From assembly GCA_963740085.1 (NCBI GenBank), contig CAVUCU010000003.1, positions 1-64,000 on the forward strand: DNA of 64,000 bases, read 5' to 3'. The notes under the pieces were generated by a model that saw only the letters and a list, made by a program, of their open reading frames with translations, ran no database searches and was not told where the DNA came from. Below are positions 51,492 to 60,180 of this stretch, piece after piece (position 1 is the first letter of the stretch; each line of letters opens with the position of its first letter). This stretch comes from Nitrospirota bacterium. GTDB lineage: Bacteria > Nitrospirota > UBA9217. The translations under genes and the position numbers were made by a program.

Positions 51492-52424
51492 ATGAAAATC
51501 GCCTTCATCTTTCCCGGCCAGGGCTCGCAGTACCTTGGAATGACAAAGGAGTTCAGTGAGACTTTTGCCGAATCAAAGGAAGTCTTCGAGGCCGCAAGCA
51601 CGGTGCTCGGCTACGATCTCCTCCAGCTCTGTCTGAACGGACCGGTCGAGAAGCTGAATCTTACCGAGTACACCCAGCCCGCACTATTGAGCGCGAGCAT
51701 CGCCATTCTGCAGCCGCTGGTGAGAAGAGGATTGCAGGCTTCTGCTGCAGCCGGCCACAGCCTCGGTGAGTACACCGCCATAACCGCGGCAGGCGGGTTC
51801 GAACTCAAGGACGCCGTCATGCTGGTGCAAAAGCGCGGTCGGTTCATGCAGGAGGCCGTACCGGAAGGAACCGGGCTCATGGCGGCGATCCTCGGCATGG
51901 ACCGGCAGGACGTAGAAAAAACTTGCCTTGAAGCGGCCAAAAATGGTATAGTTGCCCCTGCAAATTACAACTCTCCGGGTCAGATCGTTATCGCCGGCGA
52001 GAAAAAGGCAGTGGAAAAGGCCATGGAGCTTGCCAGGACGGCCGGGGCAAAAAAAGTGATCCCCCTCTCCGTGAGCGTGCCTTCACACTGTGCAATGATG
52101 AAGCAGGCCGGGGCCCGGCTTGCGCAGGAACTCGAACGGGTGACGATCCATGATCTGGACATCCCGATCGTGAATAACGCGGATGCGAAGTTTCTCCGGA
52201 ACGCTGCGGAGCTCGTACAGTCGCTCGTCAGACAGATCAGTTCCCCGCTCTACTGGGAAGATTCTATCAAGCGCATGGCCGCAGAGGGGTACGACACCTT
52301 CATCGAGATCGGTCCCGGCAAGGTGCTTTCCGGCCTCGTAAAACGCATTGCGAAGGATGTGAAGGTTCTGAACATCGAAGACCAGAAAAGCATGAGCGAC
52401 GCGCTCAACGCGCTGGGAATGTAA
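51492..52424 (+). CDS. fabD: Malonyl-CoA:ACP transacylase
   Basis: FPGQGSQ, GHSLGEY, SVPSH, EIGPGKVL. Confidence 0.97.
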   Translation: MKIAFIFPGQGSQYLGMTKEFSETFAESKEVFEAASTVLGYDLLQLCLNGPVEKLNLTEYTQPALLSASIAILQPLVRRGLQASAAAGHSLGEYTAITAAGGFELKDAVMLVQKRGRFMQEAVPEGTGLMAAILGMDRQDVEKTCLEAAKNGIVAPANYNSPGQIVIAGEKKAVEKAMELARTAGAKKVIPLSVSVPSHCAMMKQAGARLAQELERVTIHDLDIPIVNNADAKFLRNAAELVQSLVRQISSPLYWEDSIKRMAAEGYDTFIEIGPGKVLSGLVKRIAKDVKVLNIEDQKSMSDALNALGM

Positions 52425-52428
52425 GAAC

Positions 52429-52460
52429 AGGGTTCATAGGGTTCAAGGGTTCAAGGGTCA
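52429..52460. repeat. Octamer tandem repeat AGGGTTCA x4
   Basis: agggttcat agggttca agggttca agggtca. Confidence 0.8.
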
Positions 52461-52526
52461 TCAGAAACAAGGTTCACTGTTCATGTTCCAGTGTTCAGTT
52501 CAGTCAGGTTCGAAAGGAGCAGTCTG

Positions 52527-53267
52527 ATGAGTTTGAACGGAAAGATAGCGCTTGTCACCGGAGCGGCACAGGGGATCGGCAGGGACATCGCTCTTGCGCT
52601 CGCGGCAGACGGCGCTGATGTCGCCATCTGCGATGTGAACCTTGATGTTGCTCAGAAGACCGCCGCGGACATCGAAGCACTGGGGTGTAAATCGCTTGCC
52701 ATCAAGACCAACGTTGCCGCGTCCGCCGAGGTCACGGCGATGATCGACCAGGTCGTTGGGAAGCTCGGCAGGATAGACATCCTGGTGAACAACGCCGGCA
52801 TAACCCGCGACGGGCTCATTCTCCGGATGAAGGACGAGGACTGGGACCTGGTCCTGAGCATCAATTTGAAAGGCTCGTTCCTGTGCGCCAAGTCAGCGCT
52901 CAAGTATATGAGCAAACAGCGCAGTGGAACCATCATCAACATCGCCTCGATCGTCGGCGCCATGGGCAATGCCGGGCAGGCGAACTATGTTGCATCCAAG
53001 GCCGGCCTCATCGGCTTGACCAAGACCATCGCACGGGAATATGCGAACCGCGGCATCACGGCAAACGCCGTGGCCCCCGGTTTTATCGATACCGCCATGA
53101 CACGGGCATTGTCTGAGAACGTCAGGGCGGAACTCGCGAAGCAGATCCCCATGGGCAAGCTCGGCACCCCCGAGGATGTGGCAAATGCGGTCCGTTTCCT
53201 TGCTTCACCGTGGGCCGCCTACATTACCGGCCAGGTGATCCATGTAAACGGCGGGATGTACATGTAA
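52527..53267 (+). CDS. fabG: 3-oxoacyl-ACP reductase
   Basis: TGAAQGIG, NNAGITRD, GQANYVASK, VAPGFIDT. Confidence 0.97.
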   Translation: MSLNGKIALVTGAAQGIGRDIALALAADGADVAICDVNLDVAQKTAADIEALGCKSLAIKTNVAASAEVTAMIDQVVGKLGRIDILVNNAGITRDGLILRMKDEDWDLVLSINLKGSFLCAKSALKYMSKQRSGTIINIASIVGAMGNAGQANYVASKAGLIGLTKTIAREYANRGITANAVAPGFIDTAMTRALSENVRAELAKQIPMGKLGTPEDVANAVRFLASPWAAYITGQVIHVNGGMYM

Positions 53268-53353
53268 TAATACCCGTTTTGAAGGATTCAACGTACACAG
53301 CTCATTGAGACGTACGATGCACAGCGTGAAGAACACAATCAGAGGAGGATGAC

Positions 53354-53590
53354 ATGGCAGATGTGGTGGCAAAAGTTAAAAAGATCATTTCCGAGCAGCT
53401 CGGCGTACCAGAAGCGGATGTAAAGCCCGAGGCGTCGTTCGTGAACGACCTTGGCGCTGATTCACTCGACACCGTGGAGCTCGTGATGGCGCTCGAGGAG
53501 GAATTCGGCGTCGAGATCCCCGATGAAGATGCCGAAAAGATAGCGACCGTGCAAAACGCGATCGACTACATCAAGGCGAAGGCAAAGTAA
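53354..53590 (+). CDS. acpP: Acyl carrier protein
   Basis: [20 protein letters not shown]. Confidence 0.98.
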   Translation: MADVVAKVKKIISEQLGVPEADVKPEASFVNDLGADSLDTVELVMALEEEFGVEIPDEDAEKIATVQNAIDYIKAKAK

Positions 53591-53603
53591 AAGTCAGAAA
53601 GCG

Positions 53604-53708
53604 GGAATACAGACGATCAGGGTTCAGAGAACAGATGAACGATGACTGACTTAAGCTTTTGATTCAGTCCGTCTTCTGTTCTCCCTGGTGTTCTGTCCTC
53701 TGTATTCC
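53604..53708. repeat. Heptad-periodic inverted repeat
   Basis: GGAATACAGA..GAACAGATGAACGATGACTGA / TCAGTCCGTCTTCTGTTC..TCTGTATTCC. Confidence 0.75.
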
Positions 53709-53717
53709 AAATTACTT

Positions 53718-53773
53718 CCGAAAGCCAGAAGACCTCTCGCTCAGGCGTACGAGTCGGTTTTTTGGCTTTTCGG
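53718..53773 (+). terminator. Terminator-like hairpin after acpP
   Basis: CCGAAAGCCAGAAGACC...GGTTTTTTGGCTTTTCGG. Confidence 0.5.
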
Positions 53774-53908
53774 ATTTCTTGCTCCGCCAGCGTCAGCCTC
53801 TACCCTTGTCAGCGGCTAACATCATCATACCGGTTTGTGAAATAACGTCACACCATATCTTCACGGGGGCCTTGTCTCTGAGGGGATCTATACAGGAGGT
53901 ATCGTCGT

Positions 53909-55150
53909 TTGAAAAAAAGAGTCGTCATCACCGGCGTCGGGATGGTCACTCCGGTCGGCCTCGATACTGAAGCAAGCTGGGAAGGCCTGATCAACGGTAA
54001 ATCAGGCATTGGCCCCATCACGCAGTTCAATGACAAGGCCATCCCCACGCAGATCGCGGGTGAGATTCACGGTTTCGCGCCGGAGAAGTACATCGAACCC
54101 AAAGAGATCAAAAAGATGGACCGCTTTATCCATTTTGCGATAGGGGCAAGCCAGATGGCCATGGACATGTCCGGCCTCAAGATAACCCCGGAAAACGCCG
54201 ATCGCGTCGGCGTCATCGTAAGCTCGGGCATGGGCGGTCTTCCGGCCATCGAACGGGTCCATGAGGCATATCGTGAGAAAGGATATCGCCGGATAACGCC
54301 CTTCTTCATTCCCATGTCCATCATCAACGAAGTGGCCGGCCATATTTCCATCCGCTTCGGCGCCAAAGGGCCCAATCTCAGCGTTGTCACCGCATGCTCA
54401 ACAGGCACCCATTCCATCGGCGACGCCTTCAAGTGGATCCAGCGCGGCGATGCTGACGCCATGATCGCCGGCGGCACGGAATCGTGCATCTGCCCGACGG
54501 GCGTGGGCGGGTTCAACGCCATGAAGGCCCTCTCTACCCGGAACGACGAACCGCAGCGCGCAAGCCGTCCCTTTGATGCCGAGCGCGACGGTTTCATCAT
54601 GGGGGAAGGTTCCGGCATAGTGGTCCTCGAGGAAATGGAATTTGCGCTCAAACGCGGCGCCCGCATCTACGCGGAGGTGCTGGGTTACGGCGCCTCGGGC
54701 GATGCCTATCATATAACCTCACCCGCGCCGAACGGCGAGGGGGCTGCGAGGTGCATGGCATTGGCGATCAAGGACGCGGGGATCGACCGGAAAGAACTGG
54801 GCTATATCAACGCGCACGGCACCTCCACCAAGTACGGCGACGAGCTCGAGAGCATTGCCATCAAGACCGTGTTCGGCGATACTGCCTATAAAATACCGGT
54901 AAGCTCCACAAAATCGATGACCGGCCATCTGCTCGGCGCTGCCGGCGGTGTTGAGGCCGTCATCTCCGTGCTTGCGCTGGACCGCGGTGTCCTTCCGCCC
55001 ACGATCAACCTTGAGAATCCCGATCCTGAGTGCGATCTGGATTATATCCCGCACACGGCCAGAAAGGTGCAGGTGGACGTAGCCATGTCCAACTCATTCG
55101 GTTTCGGCGGCACGAACGCCTGCCTGGTCTTCCGCAGATTCCGAAAATAA
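53909..55150 (+). CDS. fabF: Beta-ketoacyl-ACP synthase II
   Basis: [35 protein letters not shown]. Confidence 0.97.
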   Translation: MKKRVVITGVGMVTPVGLDTEASWEGLINGKSGIGPITQFNDKAIPTQIAGEIHGFAPEKYIEPKEIKKMDRFIHFAIGASQMAMDMSGLKITPENADRVGVIVSSGMGGLPAIERVHEAYREKGYRRITPFFIPMSIINEVAGHISIRFGAKGPNLSVVTACSTGTHSIGDAFKWIQRGDADAMIAGGTESCICPTGVGGFNAMKALSTRNDEPQRASRPFDAERDGFIMGEGSGIVVLEEMEFALKRGARIYAEVLGYGASGDAYHITSPAPNGEGAARCMALAIKDAGIDRKELGYINAHGTSTKYGDELESIAIKTVFGDTAYKIPVSSTKSMTGHLLGAAGGVEAVISVLALDRGVLPPTINLENPDPECDLDYIPHTARKVQVDVAMSNSFGFGGTNACLVFRRFRK

Positions 55151-55151
55151 G

Positions 55152-55850
55152 ATGCCTCCCCTTTCGGACATCCAGCAGCGAATCGGCTATACATTCAAGG
55201 ACACGGAGCTCCTCGAACGCGGGCTCACCCACAAGTCCTATGCGAACGAGTGCCGGGTCCCCTATCACAATGAACGGATGGAGTTCCTCGGCGACGCCGT
55301 CCTCGGTCTCGTCATAAGCGAATATCTGATGAAGGCCTTCCCTGAATCCACTGAAGGCGACCTCTCGAGGCTCAGGGCGGCAGTCGTGAGCGAACCCGCC
55401 CTCGCCGCCGTTTCCCGCGAGATCGGGCTCGGCAGCTATCTTCTGCTCGGAAAAGGGGAAGATCAAACAGGCGGAAGGAACAAGGATTCGCTCCTTGCCG
55501 ACTGTCTTGAGGCACTCATTGCGGCCGTATATCTCGATGCGGGCAAGGATGCAGCGGAGTCGCTCGTTATCCGCCTTTTTGAAGAGGTGATCAAGAAGAC
55601 CAGCACCTCCGGCGGATCGCTTGATTATAAGACGGAGTTCCAGGAGCGCTGCCAGGAGCAGCTCAAACAGCTTCCGGAATACCGCATTGTTTCCGAGACC
55701 GGCCCTGATCATCAGAAGCAGTTCGAGATGGAAGTATGGATCAAGGGAAATCTTGCCGGCCGGGGCAGAGGAAAGAGCAAAAAGGAGGCGGAGCAACGTG
55801 CGGCCAAGGAAGCCCTGGAAAGACTTTCTGAGAAATCGAACCCTGCATAA
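55152..55850 (+). CDS. rnc: Ribonuclease III
   Basis: NERMEFLGDAVL, DCLEALIAAVYLD, dsRBD SKKEAEQRAA. Confidence 0.97.
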   Translation: MPPLSDIQQRIGYTFKDTELLERGLTHKSYANECRVPYHNERMEFLGDAVLGLVISEYLMKAFPESTEGDLSRLRAAVVSEPALAAVSREIGLGSYLLLGKGEDQTGGRNKDSLLADCLEALIAAVYLDAGKDAAESLVIRLFEEVIKKTSTSGGSLDYKTEFQERCQEQLKQLPEYRIVSETGPDHQKQFEMEVWIKGNLAGRGRGKSKKEAEQRAAKEALERLSEKSNPA

Positions 55851-56176
55851 GCCTACAGAGAGCAGTTCAGCCACATAAAGTACAAATAAATCAATCAGCA
55901 CTTTGGTAAAAAACTTCACCAAACAGGTGATTTTTCTTTTTGGCGTCAAGATGCTGTTTCTCCTCTGTGATTTTTGAGCCTTCAGTGGCCAACTGCCGTT
56001 TTTATCATAAAATCAGGAACAACCGCGCCAACCCCGATGTTCTCGCAGAATATCTACCCTTGAATATGCAAATTGCATATTGGTCCGACTAATTCTAATT
56101 TTCCACATATTGCATATTAGTCAGCAATTGAATTGCAATGAATTCCACCCCTTACCTTAAGTTTTTTCAATTCATC

Positions 56177-56206
56177 TTGACCAATTCATATTGTTTATGC
56201 TACCGT
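56177..56206 (+). promoter_or_regulatory. Putative cassette-array (Pc-like) promoter
   Basis: TTGACC-18 nt-TACCGT with extended -10 TG. Confidence 0.45.
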
Positions 56207-56215
56207 ATCCCGTCC

Positions 56216-56234
56216 CTATAATAACTTGTTATAC
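56216..56234 (+). mobile_element. attI-like simple site
   Basis: CTATAAT-AACTT-GTTATAC: inverted L/R boxes 5 bp apart, 9 nt before the first cassette ATG. Confidence 0.45.
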
Positions 56235-56243
56235 CCTTAAATT

Positions 56244-57005
56244 ATGAAGGACGAAGAAAATATATTTACACGCAAACTTGAGGTCTTCCGCACTGAGATT
56301 GAATCGGCCATTCAATTTTTTTATGCCCATCGTGCAATGAATGGAGTACTGGCCAAAGACAAATACACACTTGAGATTGTTAATCGAACCCCGCTATTTT
56401 GGGTCACTACTACGGGTGCCCTTCATACTGCTTTTTTCATTACATTAGGGCGCATTTTCGATCAAGACTCAAATCACAATATCGACAAGATTCTCCGCAC
56501 TGCGCAAGAACACACTATAATCTTTTCTAAAGAAGCATTAGAGCGAAGAAAACGTGCAGGAAGTGCAAATGCAGCTGAGTGGATTAATGAATACATGAAG
56601 AGTGTCTATGTTCCAAGCGCTGTGGATTTTCGTAGATTAAGAAAGTATGTCGCCAAATATCGAAAAACATATGAAACTGTTTATAGAGACATCCGAAACA
56701 AAGTAATTGCCCACAAACAGCTGTCTAACGTAGATGACATTCATGCACTGTACGCTAAGACAAATATTGCCGACATGCAAAAATTGCTCATCTTTTTGAA
56801 CAAGCTTTATCATGCGCTCTGGCAGCTTTACCACAATGGGAATAAGCCCGTATTGCGACAGATGAAGTATTCTGCTAAAAGAATGATAAGAGCAGAATTA
56901 CCTAAATGGCAAAGCCACCATGTTCAGGAGCGAATAGTGGCCGATACCGTAAATTTCTTAAAACTGCTTTCGAATATACCGAAAGAACAATTGGGCCGAG
57001 ATTAA
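56244..57005 (+). CDS. HEPN-domain (AbiU2-like) protein, first cassette
   Basis: Low GC; FITLGRIFD and RNKVIAH HEPN-type motif; all-helical character. Confidence 0.7.
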   Translation: MKDEENIFTRKLEVFRTEIESAIQFFYAHRAMNGVLAKDKYTLEIVNRTPLFWVTTTGALHTAFFITLGRIFDQDSNHNIDKILRTAQEHTIIFSKEALERRKRAGSANAAEWINEYMKSVYVPSAVDFRRLRKYVAKYRKTYETVYRDIRNKVIAHKQLSNVDDIHALYAKTNIADMQKLLIFLNKLYHALWQLYHNGNKPVLRQMKYSAKRMIRAELPKWQSHHVQERIVADTVNFLKLLSNIPKEQLGRD

Positions 57006-57011
57006 ATCGCT

Positions 57012-57287
57012 ATGCAAAAGATGATGTCGATGTTCATCGTAATACTTCCTGGAATCGTCGGGGTGATCCTTCGCCTACGACATTTCCGTGAGATTCCCGC
57101 CTGGCTGTTGTCATGCACGATAATCCCTATATTTATTCTCGTTGATGAATTCCTTCTCCTTTACCATGGCGGCGGTGCCTCAATGTGGCCCATCGCCATT
57201 GCTTTTGGAACTTTTTACGGGTCCATGACAGGCGGTTTTGGCGTAGCGATTGCGTCATACTATCTCAAAAAGAAAAAGCTAAACTAG
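57012..57287 (+). CDS. Small 3-TM hypothetical membrane protein
   Basis: Hydrophobic; GGGASMWPIA; Lys-rich tail; followed by attC. Confidence 0.7.
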   Translation: MQKMMSMFIVILPGIVGVILRLRHFREIPAWLLSCTIIPIFILVDEFLLLYHGGGASMWPIAIAFGTFYGSMTGGFGVAIASYYLKKKKLN

Positions 57288-57301
57288 ATAAACCGAGCTG
57301 A

Positions 57302-57360
57302 ATATAACCTGCGCCTCGACAGCGACGCGCCAAAGACGGCGCGTCAGGCGCGCGTTAGAA
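57302..57360 (+). mobile_element. attC site (59 bp)
   Basis: ATATAAC..GCCT[C]GAC / GTCAGGC..GTTAGAA; unpaired C is the 9th base after TAAC. Confidence 0.85.
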
Positions 57361-57378
57361 TCATTATGGAGGTGAAAT

Positions 57379-57714
57379 GTGCCATCTTTAGTCATACATA
57401 CCCCGGATTCCCAATTAGGTCGCGAAGGCACAAAGAGCTTCGAAGAGACTTTTAAATCAGGTGTCGGAAGTGCTTACGCTCTTAACAATAAAATATATCA
57501 ACAAATACATCTTGGCTGTAAGGTTGTGTTGCTATGCAAAAAAAGAAGATTACGGGCCGAGGGCCAACTCGTTCGGCTTGAACCTGCCACAAATGAGGGC
57601 AGACCATGGGTTACCGGGAATCATATCCAGAGGTATAACGTGCTTGTAAAAAACTTCGATATGGTCCCATATACATCCGAAGCACTTAACCGCAACGGGG
57701 TTGCAGTTATCTGA
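57379..57714 (+). CDS. Hypothetical cassette protein (111 aa)
   Basis: GGAGGTG SD before GTG; bounded by attC sites. Confidence 0.7.
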   Translation: MPSLVIHTPDSQLGREGTKSFEETFKSGVGSAYALNNKIYQQIHLGCKVVLLCKKRRLRAEGQLVRLEPATNEGRPWVTGNHIQRYNVLVKNFDMVPYTSEALNRNGVAVI

Positions 57715-57719
57715 CCAAT

Positions 57720-57783
57720 TGATAATAAGGCGATGCGCCTGACACGGCAAAATGACGCTATTTGTGCGAGCTTTACGTTGGTC
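57720..57783 (+). mobile_element. Degenerate attC site
   Basis: TGATAAT-AAGGCGATGCGCCTGAC...GAGCTTTAC-GTTGGTC; poor pairing. Confidence 0.4.
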
Positions 57784-57850
57784 TTCTGTTTAAAGGCTGT
57801 TAATAACTCCGTTCAGTGAGAGGGACAAGAACGTCACTCAAGGAGATCTT

Positions 57851-58408
57851 ATGAGAAGGGTTGTTTTTGCGATCAATATTACCACTGACGGGTACTGCAA
57901 CCACACGGACATGATTGCCGACGACGCGGTGCACGAGTACTTCACCAGGCTGCTGCGCAATGCGAATCTCCTCCTCTTCGGCCGGAATACATATCAACTC
58001 ATGGTACCCTATTGGCCCGAAGTCGCCAAAAACCAATCTGAGAATGAAGCAACCAATGAGTTCGCTCGCGTGTTCGACTCTCTCAACAAGATCGTATTCT
58101 CCACGACATTGAAACAGGTTGAAGGAAAGAATACGAGAATCGTGCGTGCTAACCTTGCGGAAGAAGTGCTCGCGCTGAAGCAGCAGCCTGGAAAAGACAT
58201 TAACATAGGCAGTTTGAGCATTGCGTCCCAGCTTTCGGAGCGCGGTTTGATTGACGAGTATCGTTTCGTGGTTCATCCGGTTGTTGCCGGAAAAGGACCG
58301 CGGTTATTCGAAACCGTGAAGCCGCAGGACAGGCTTCGACTCGATTTTATTGGTTTGGAAACCTTTCAATCCGGCGTCGTTGCCCTTCATTACAGAAAGC
58401 ATACGTGA
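57851..58408 (+). CDS. DHFR/RibD C-terminal domain protein
   Basis: [43 protein letters not shown]. Confidence 0.92.
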   Translation: MRRVVFAINITTDGYCNHTDMIADDAVHEYFTRLLRNANLLLFGRNTYQLMVPYWPEVAKNQSENEATNEFARVFDSLNKIVFSTTLKQVEGKNTRIVRANLAEEVLALKQQPGKDINIGSLSIASQLSERGLIDEYRFVVHPVVAGKGPRLFETVKPQDRLRLDFIGLETFQSGVVALHYRKHT

Positions 58409-58439
58409 GTCGAAACGCAAACGAAGATATTTGAAAAAG

Positions 58440-58498
58440 TTCTAACGTGAACGCTCGAAAGGGGCTCTAAATACGCGCCCCTCAGCGTCGTGTTGTCC
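58440..58498 (+). mobile_element. attC site
   Basis: TTCTAAC..CGCT[C]GA-AAGGGGC...GCCCC-TCAGCG..GTTGTCC. Confidence 0.75.
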
Positions 58499-58521
58499 CA
58501 TGAAAACAGCGGTGAGAAAAT

Positions 58522-59172
58522 ATGACTAAGTACACAGAGCCTGTGTGGTTCAACTCCGCGCTGATCACAATTGACACACAGTGCGACACACTCGACAGAC
58601 AACCTTTTGAGATTCCGGGAACATCGGCGATTCTTCCCAACATGAGAAAACTCCTGCAAGCTTACCGCAAGGCAAAGAGGCAGATCGTTCACATTGTTCG
58701 GATTTATAAATCCGACGGCACCAATGTTGATTTATGCCGAAGAGAGTTGGTTGAACGAGGTGCCGCTTTAGTGTTGGCAGGTTCCGCAGGTTGTCAGCTA
58801 GCGACGGAATTACTTCCGCACCCCGGCATTGAACTTGATGCGAATCTTCTTCTCTCCGGTGGTATCCAGCACATACAAGCTGGAGAGGTAATCATTTACA
58901 AGCCGCGTTGGGGCGCATTCTACAATACCCCCTTAGAGAAGTACCTGCAGGAAAAAGGTATTTCGACGCTTGTCTTTAGCGGCTGCAACTTTCCAAATTG
59001 CCCTCGAACTTCGATATATGAAGCAAGCGAACGCGACTTCCGGGTGGTTTTAGCGGAGGATGCAATATCCGGCTTGTACGACCAAGGAAAACGGGAAATG
59101 CGAAATATTGGCGTGGAGTTGATTCTAACGGACCAAATCATTGATGCAGTTCATCAGACCAGTAAGTCATAA
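58522..59172 (+). CDS. Isochorismatase/cysteine hydrolase family
   Basis: ALITIDTQCD, KPRWGAFY, GCNFPNCPRTS..EASERDF. Confidence 0.92.
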   Translation: MTKYTEPVWFNSALITIDTQCDTLDRQPFEIPGTSAILPNMRKLLQAYRKAKRQIVHIVRIYKSDGTNVDLCRRELVERGAALVLAGSAGCQLATELLPHPGIELDANLLLSGGIQHIQAGEVIIYKPRWGAFYNTPLEKYLQEKGISTLVFSGCNFPNCPRTSIYEASERDFRVVLAEDAISGLYDQGKREMRNIGVELILTDQIIDAVHQTSKS

Positions 59173-59226
59173 CAATCGCGTCCACATCGACTCGCCAAAA
59201 AGCGGTGAGTGACGCGATCGTTAGGC
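59167..59226 (+). mobile_element. attC site (60 bp); upstream stop codon lies inside R''
   Basis: TCATAAC-AATCGCGT[C]CAC...GTGACGCGATC-GTTAGGC. Confidence 0.9.
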
Positions 59227-59250
59227 CCTGGAAATACAGAGGAGAGCACG

Positions 59251-59595
59251 ATGAGCAACGAACAGGTGGCACCTGAGACGAAAGGTGTTACGGTGAAGTT
59301 ACTTGCAACGGTTGACCTTGGCCCTGAGATCGAGGGCATGGCAGGGCGCCAACTTCGAATGCGTATGGTGACCATCGAGCCTGGAGGCGTCTTCGGCCCG
59401 ATTCACGACCATAAAGACAGACCAGGCACCGTCTACATCCTGCAAGGAGCGATCACTGACCATCGAAATGGAGTCGCTACGGACTATGGACCGGGAGTGG
59501 GCTGGCCCGAGGATAGGAACACCACACACTGGCTTGAGAACAGAGGAACGAAGCCGGCGGTGGAGATCTCGGTCGATATAGTCAGGCAAGAGTAA
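59251..59595 (+). CDS. Cupin domain protein
   Basis: IHDHKDRPGTVYILQG, HWLENRG. Confidence 0.9.
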   Translation: MSNEQVAPETKGVTVKLLATVDLGPEIEGMAGRQLRMRMVTIEPGGVFGPIHDHKDRPGTVYILQGAITDHRNGVATDYGPGVGWPEDRNTTHWLENRGTKPAVEISVDIVRQE

Positions 59596-59623
59596 GCTCA
59601 AGCCCGACATCTGACACGATCGG

Positions 59624-59701
59624 GCCTAACACGCGGCTCGACCGGACGCCCTTCAGTCGGCTTCGCCTCCTTTTGCGCGCCGGTTAGCCACAACGTTGGC
59701 G
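59624..59701 (+). mobile_element. attC site (78 bp)
   Basis: GCCTAAC-ACGCGGCT[C]GACCGG...CCGGTTAGCC-ACAAC-GTTGGCG. Confidence 0.88.
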
Positions 59702-59709
59702 AGATTAAT

Positions 59710-60114
59710 ATGGATATCTACTTAATCATCAAGAGTATATTATTCTTTATCCTGGTTGCTTCCGGCGAAACATTAAACGGGATTGCCAGAACTGTTTATC
59801 TGAACAAGCGAGTTGGTATTAAAAAGGCAAAAAGGATATCCATGGCATCCGCTTTGATACTTTGTTTGCTTGTCTCTTATTGGTATATCCCGCTGCTCAA
59901 CATCCGTACCGATAAAGGTCTGCTGATTCTTGGCGTCTCTCTTTCATCATTTATGGCGTTGTTTGACATTGTCCTGGGCAGGATCGTCTTTAAAGCAAAA
60001 TGGGAAACAATCTTGGATGAATTTAACCTCGCGAAAGGTAATCTGCTGGCACTTGGCATGATCGTCATGGCGCTCTGTCCCTTGCTGGCATCAAAAATTC
60101 CGAGTATCTTCTAA
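59710..60114 (+). CDS. Hypothetical 4-TM membrane protein
   Basis: Low GC, hydrophobic, ETLNGIAR; starts 8 nt after attC. Confidence 0.75.
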   Translation: MDIYLIIKSILFFILVASGETLNGIARTVYLNKRVGIKKAKRISMASALILCLLVSYWYIPLLNIRTDKGLLILGVSLSSFMALFDIVLGRIVFKAKWETILDEFNLAKGNLLALGMIVMALCPLLASKIPSIF

Positions 60115-60180
60115 ACGGGGCGAGTTACCGCCGCGATTGATCGGACATCTTGAAGTACCCGACTCAAAGGAACTGATGCG

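Noticed and set aside
53836-53852. CRP/Rex site TGTGA..TCACA before fabF
   Set aside because: Spacer is 7 nt rather than 6; unsupported
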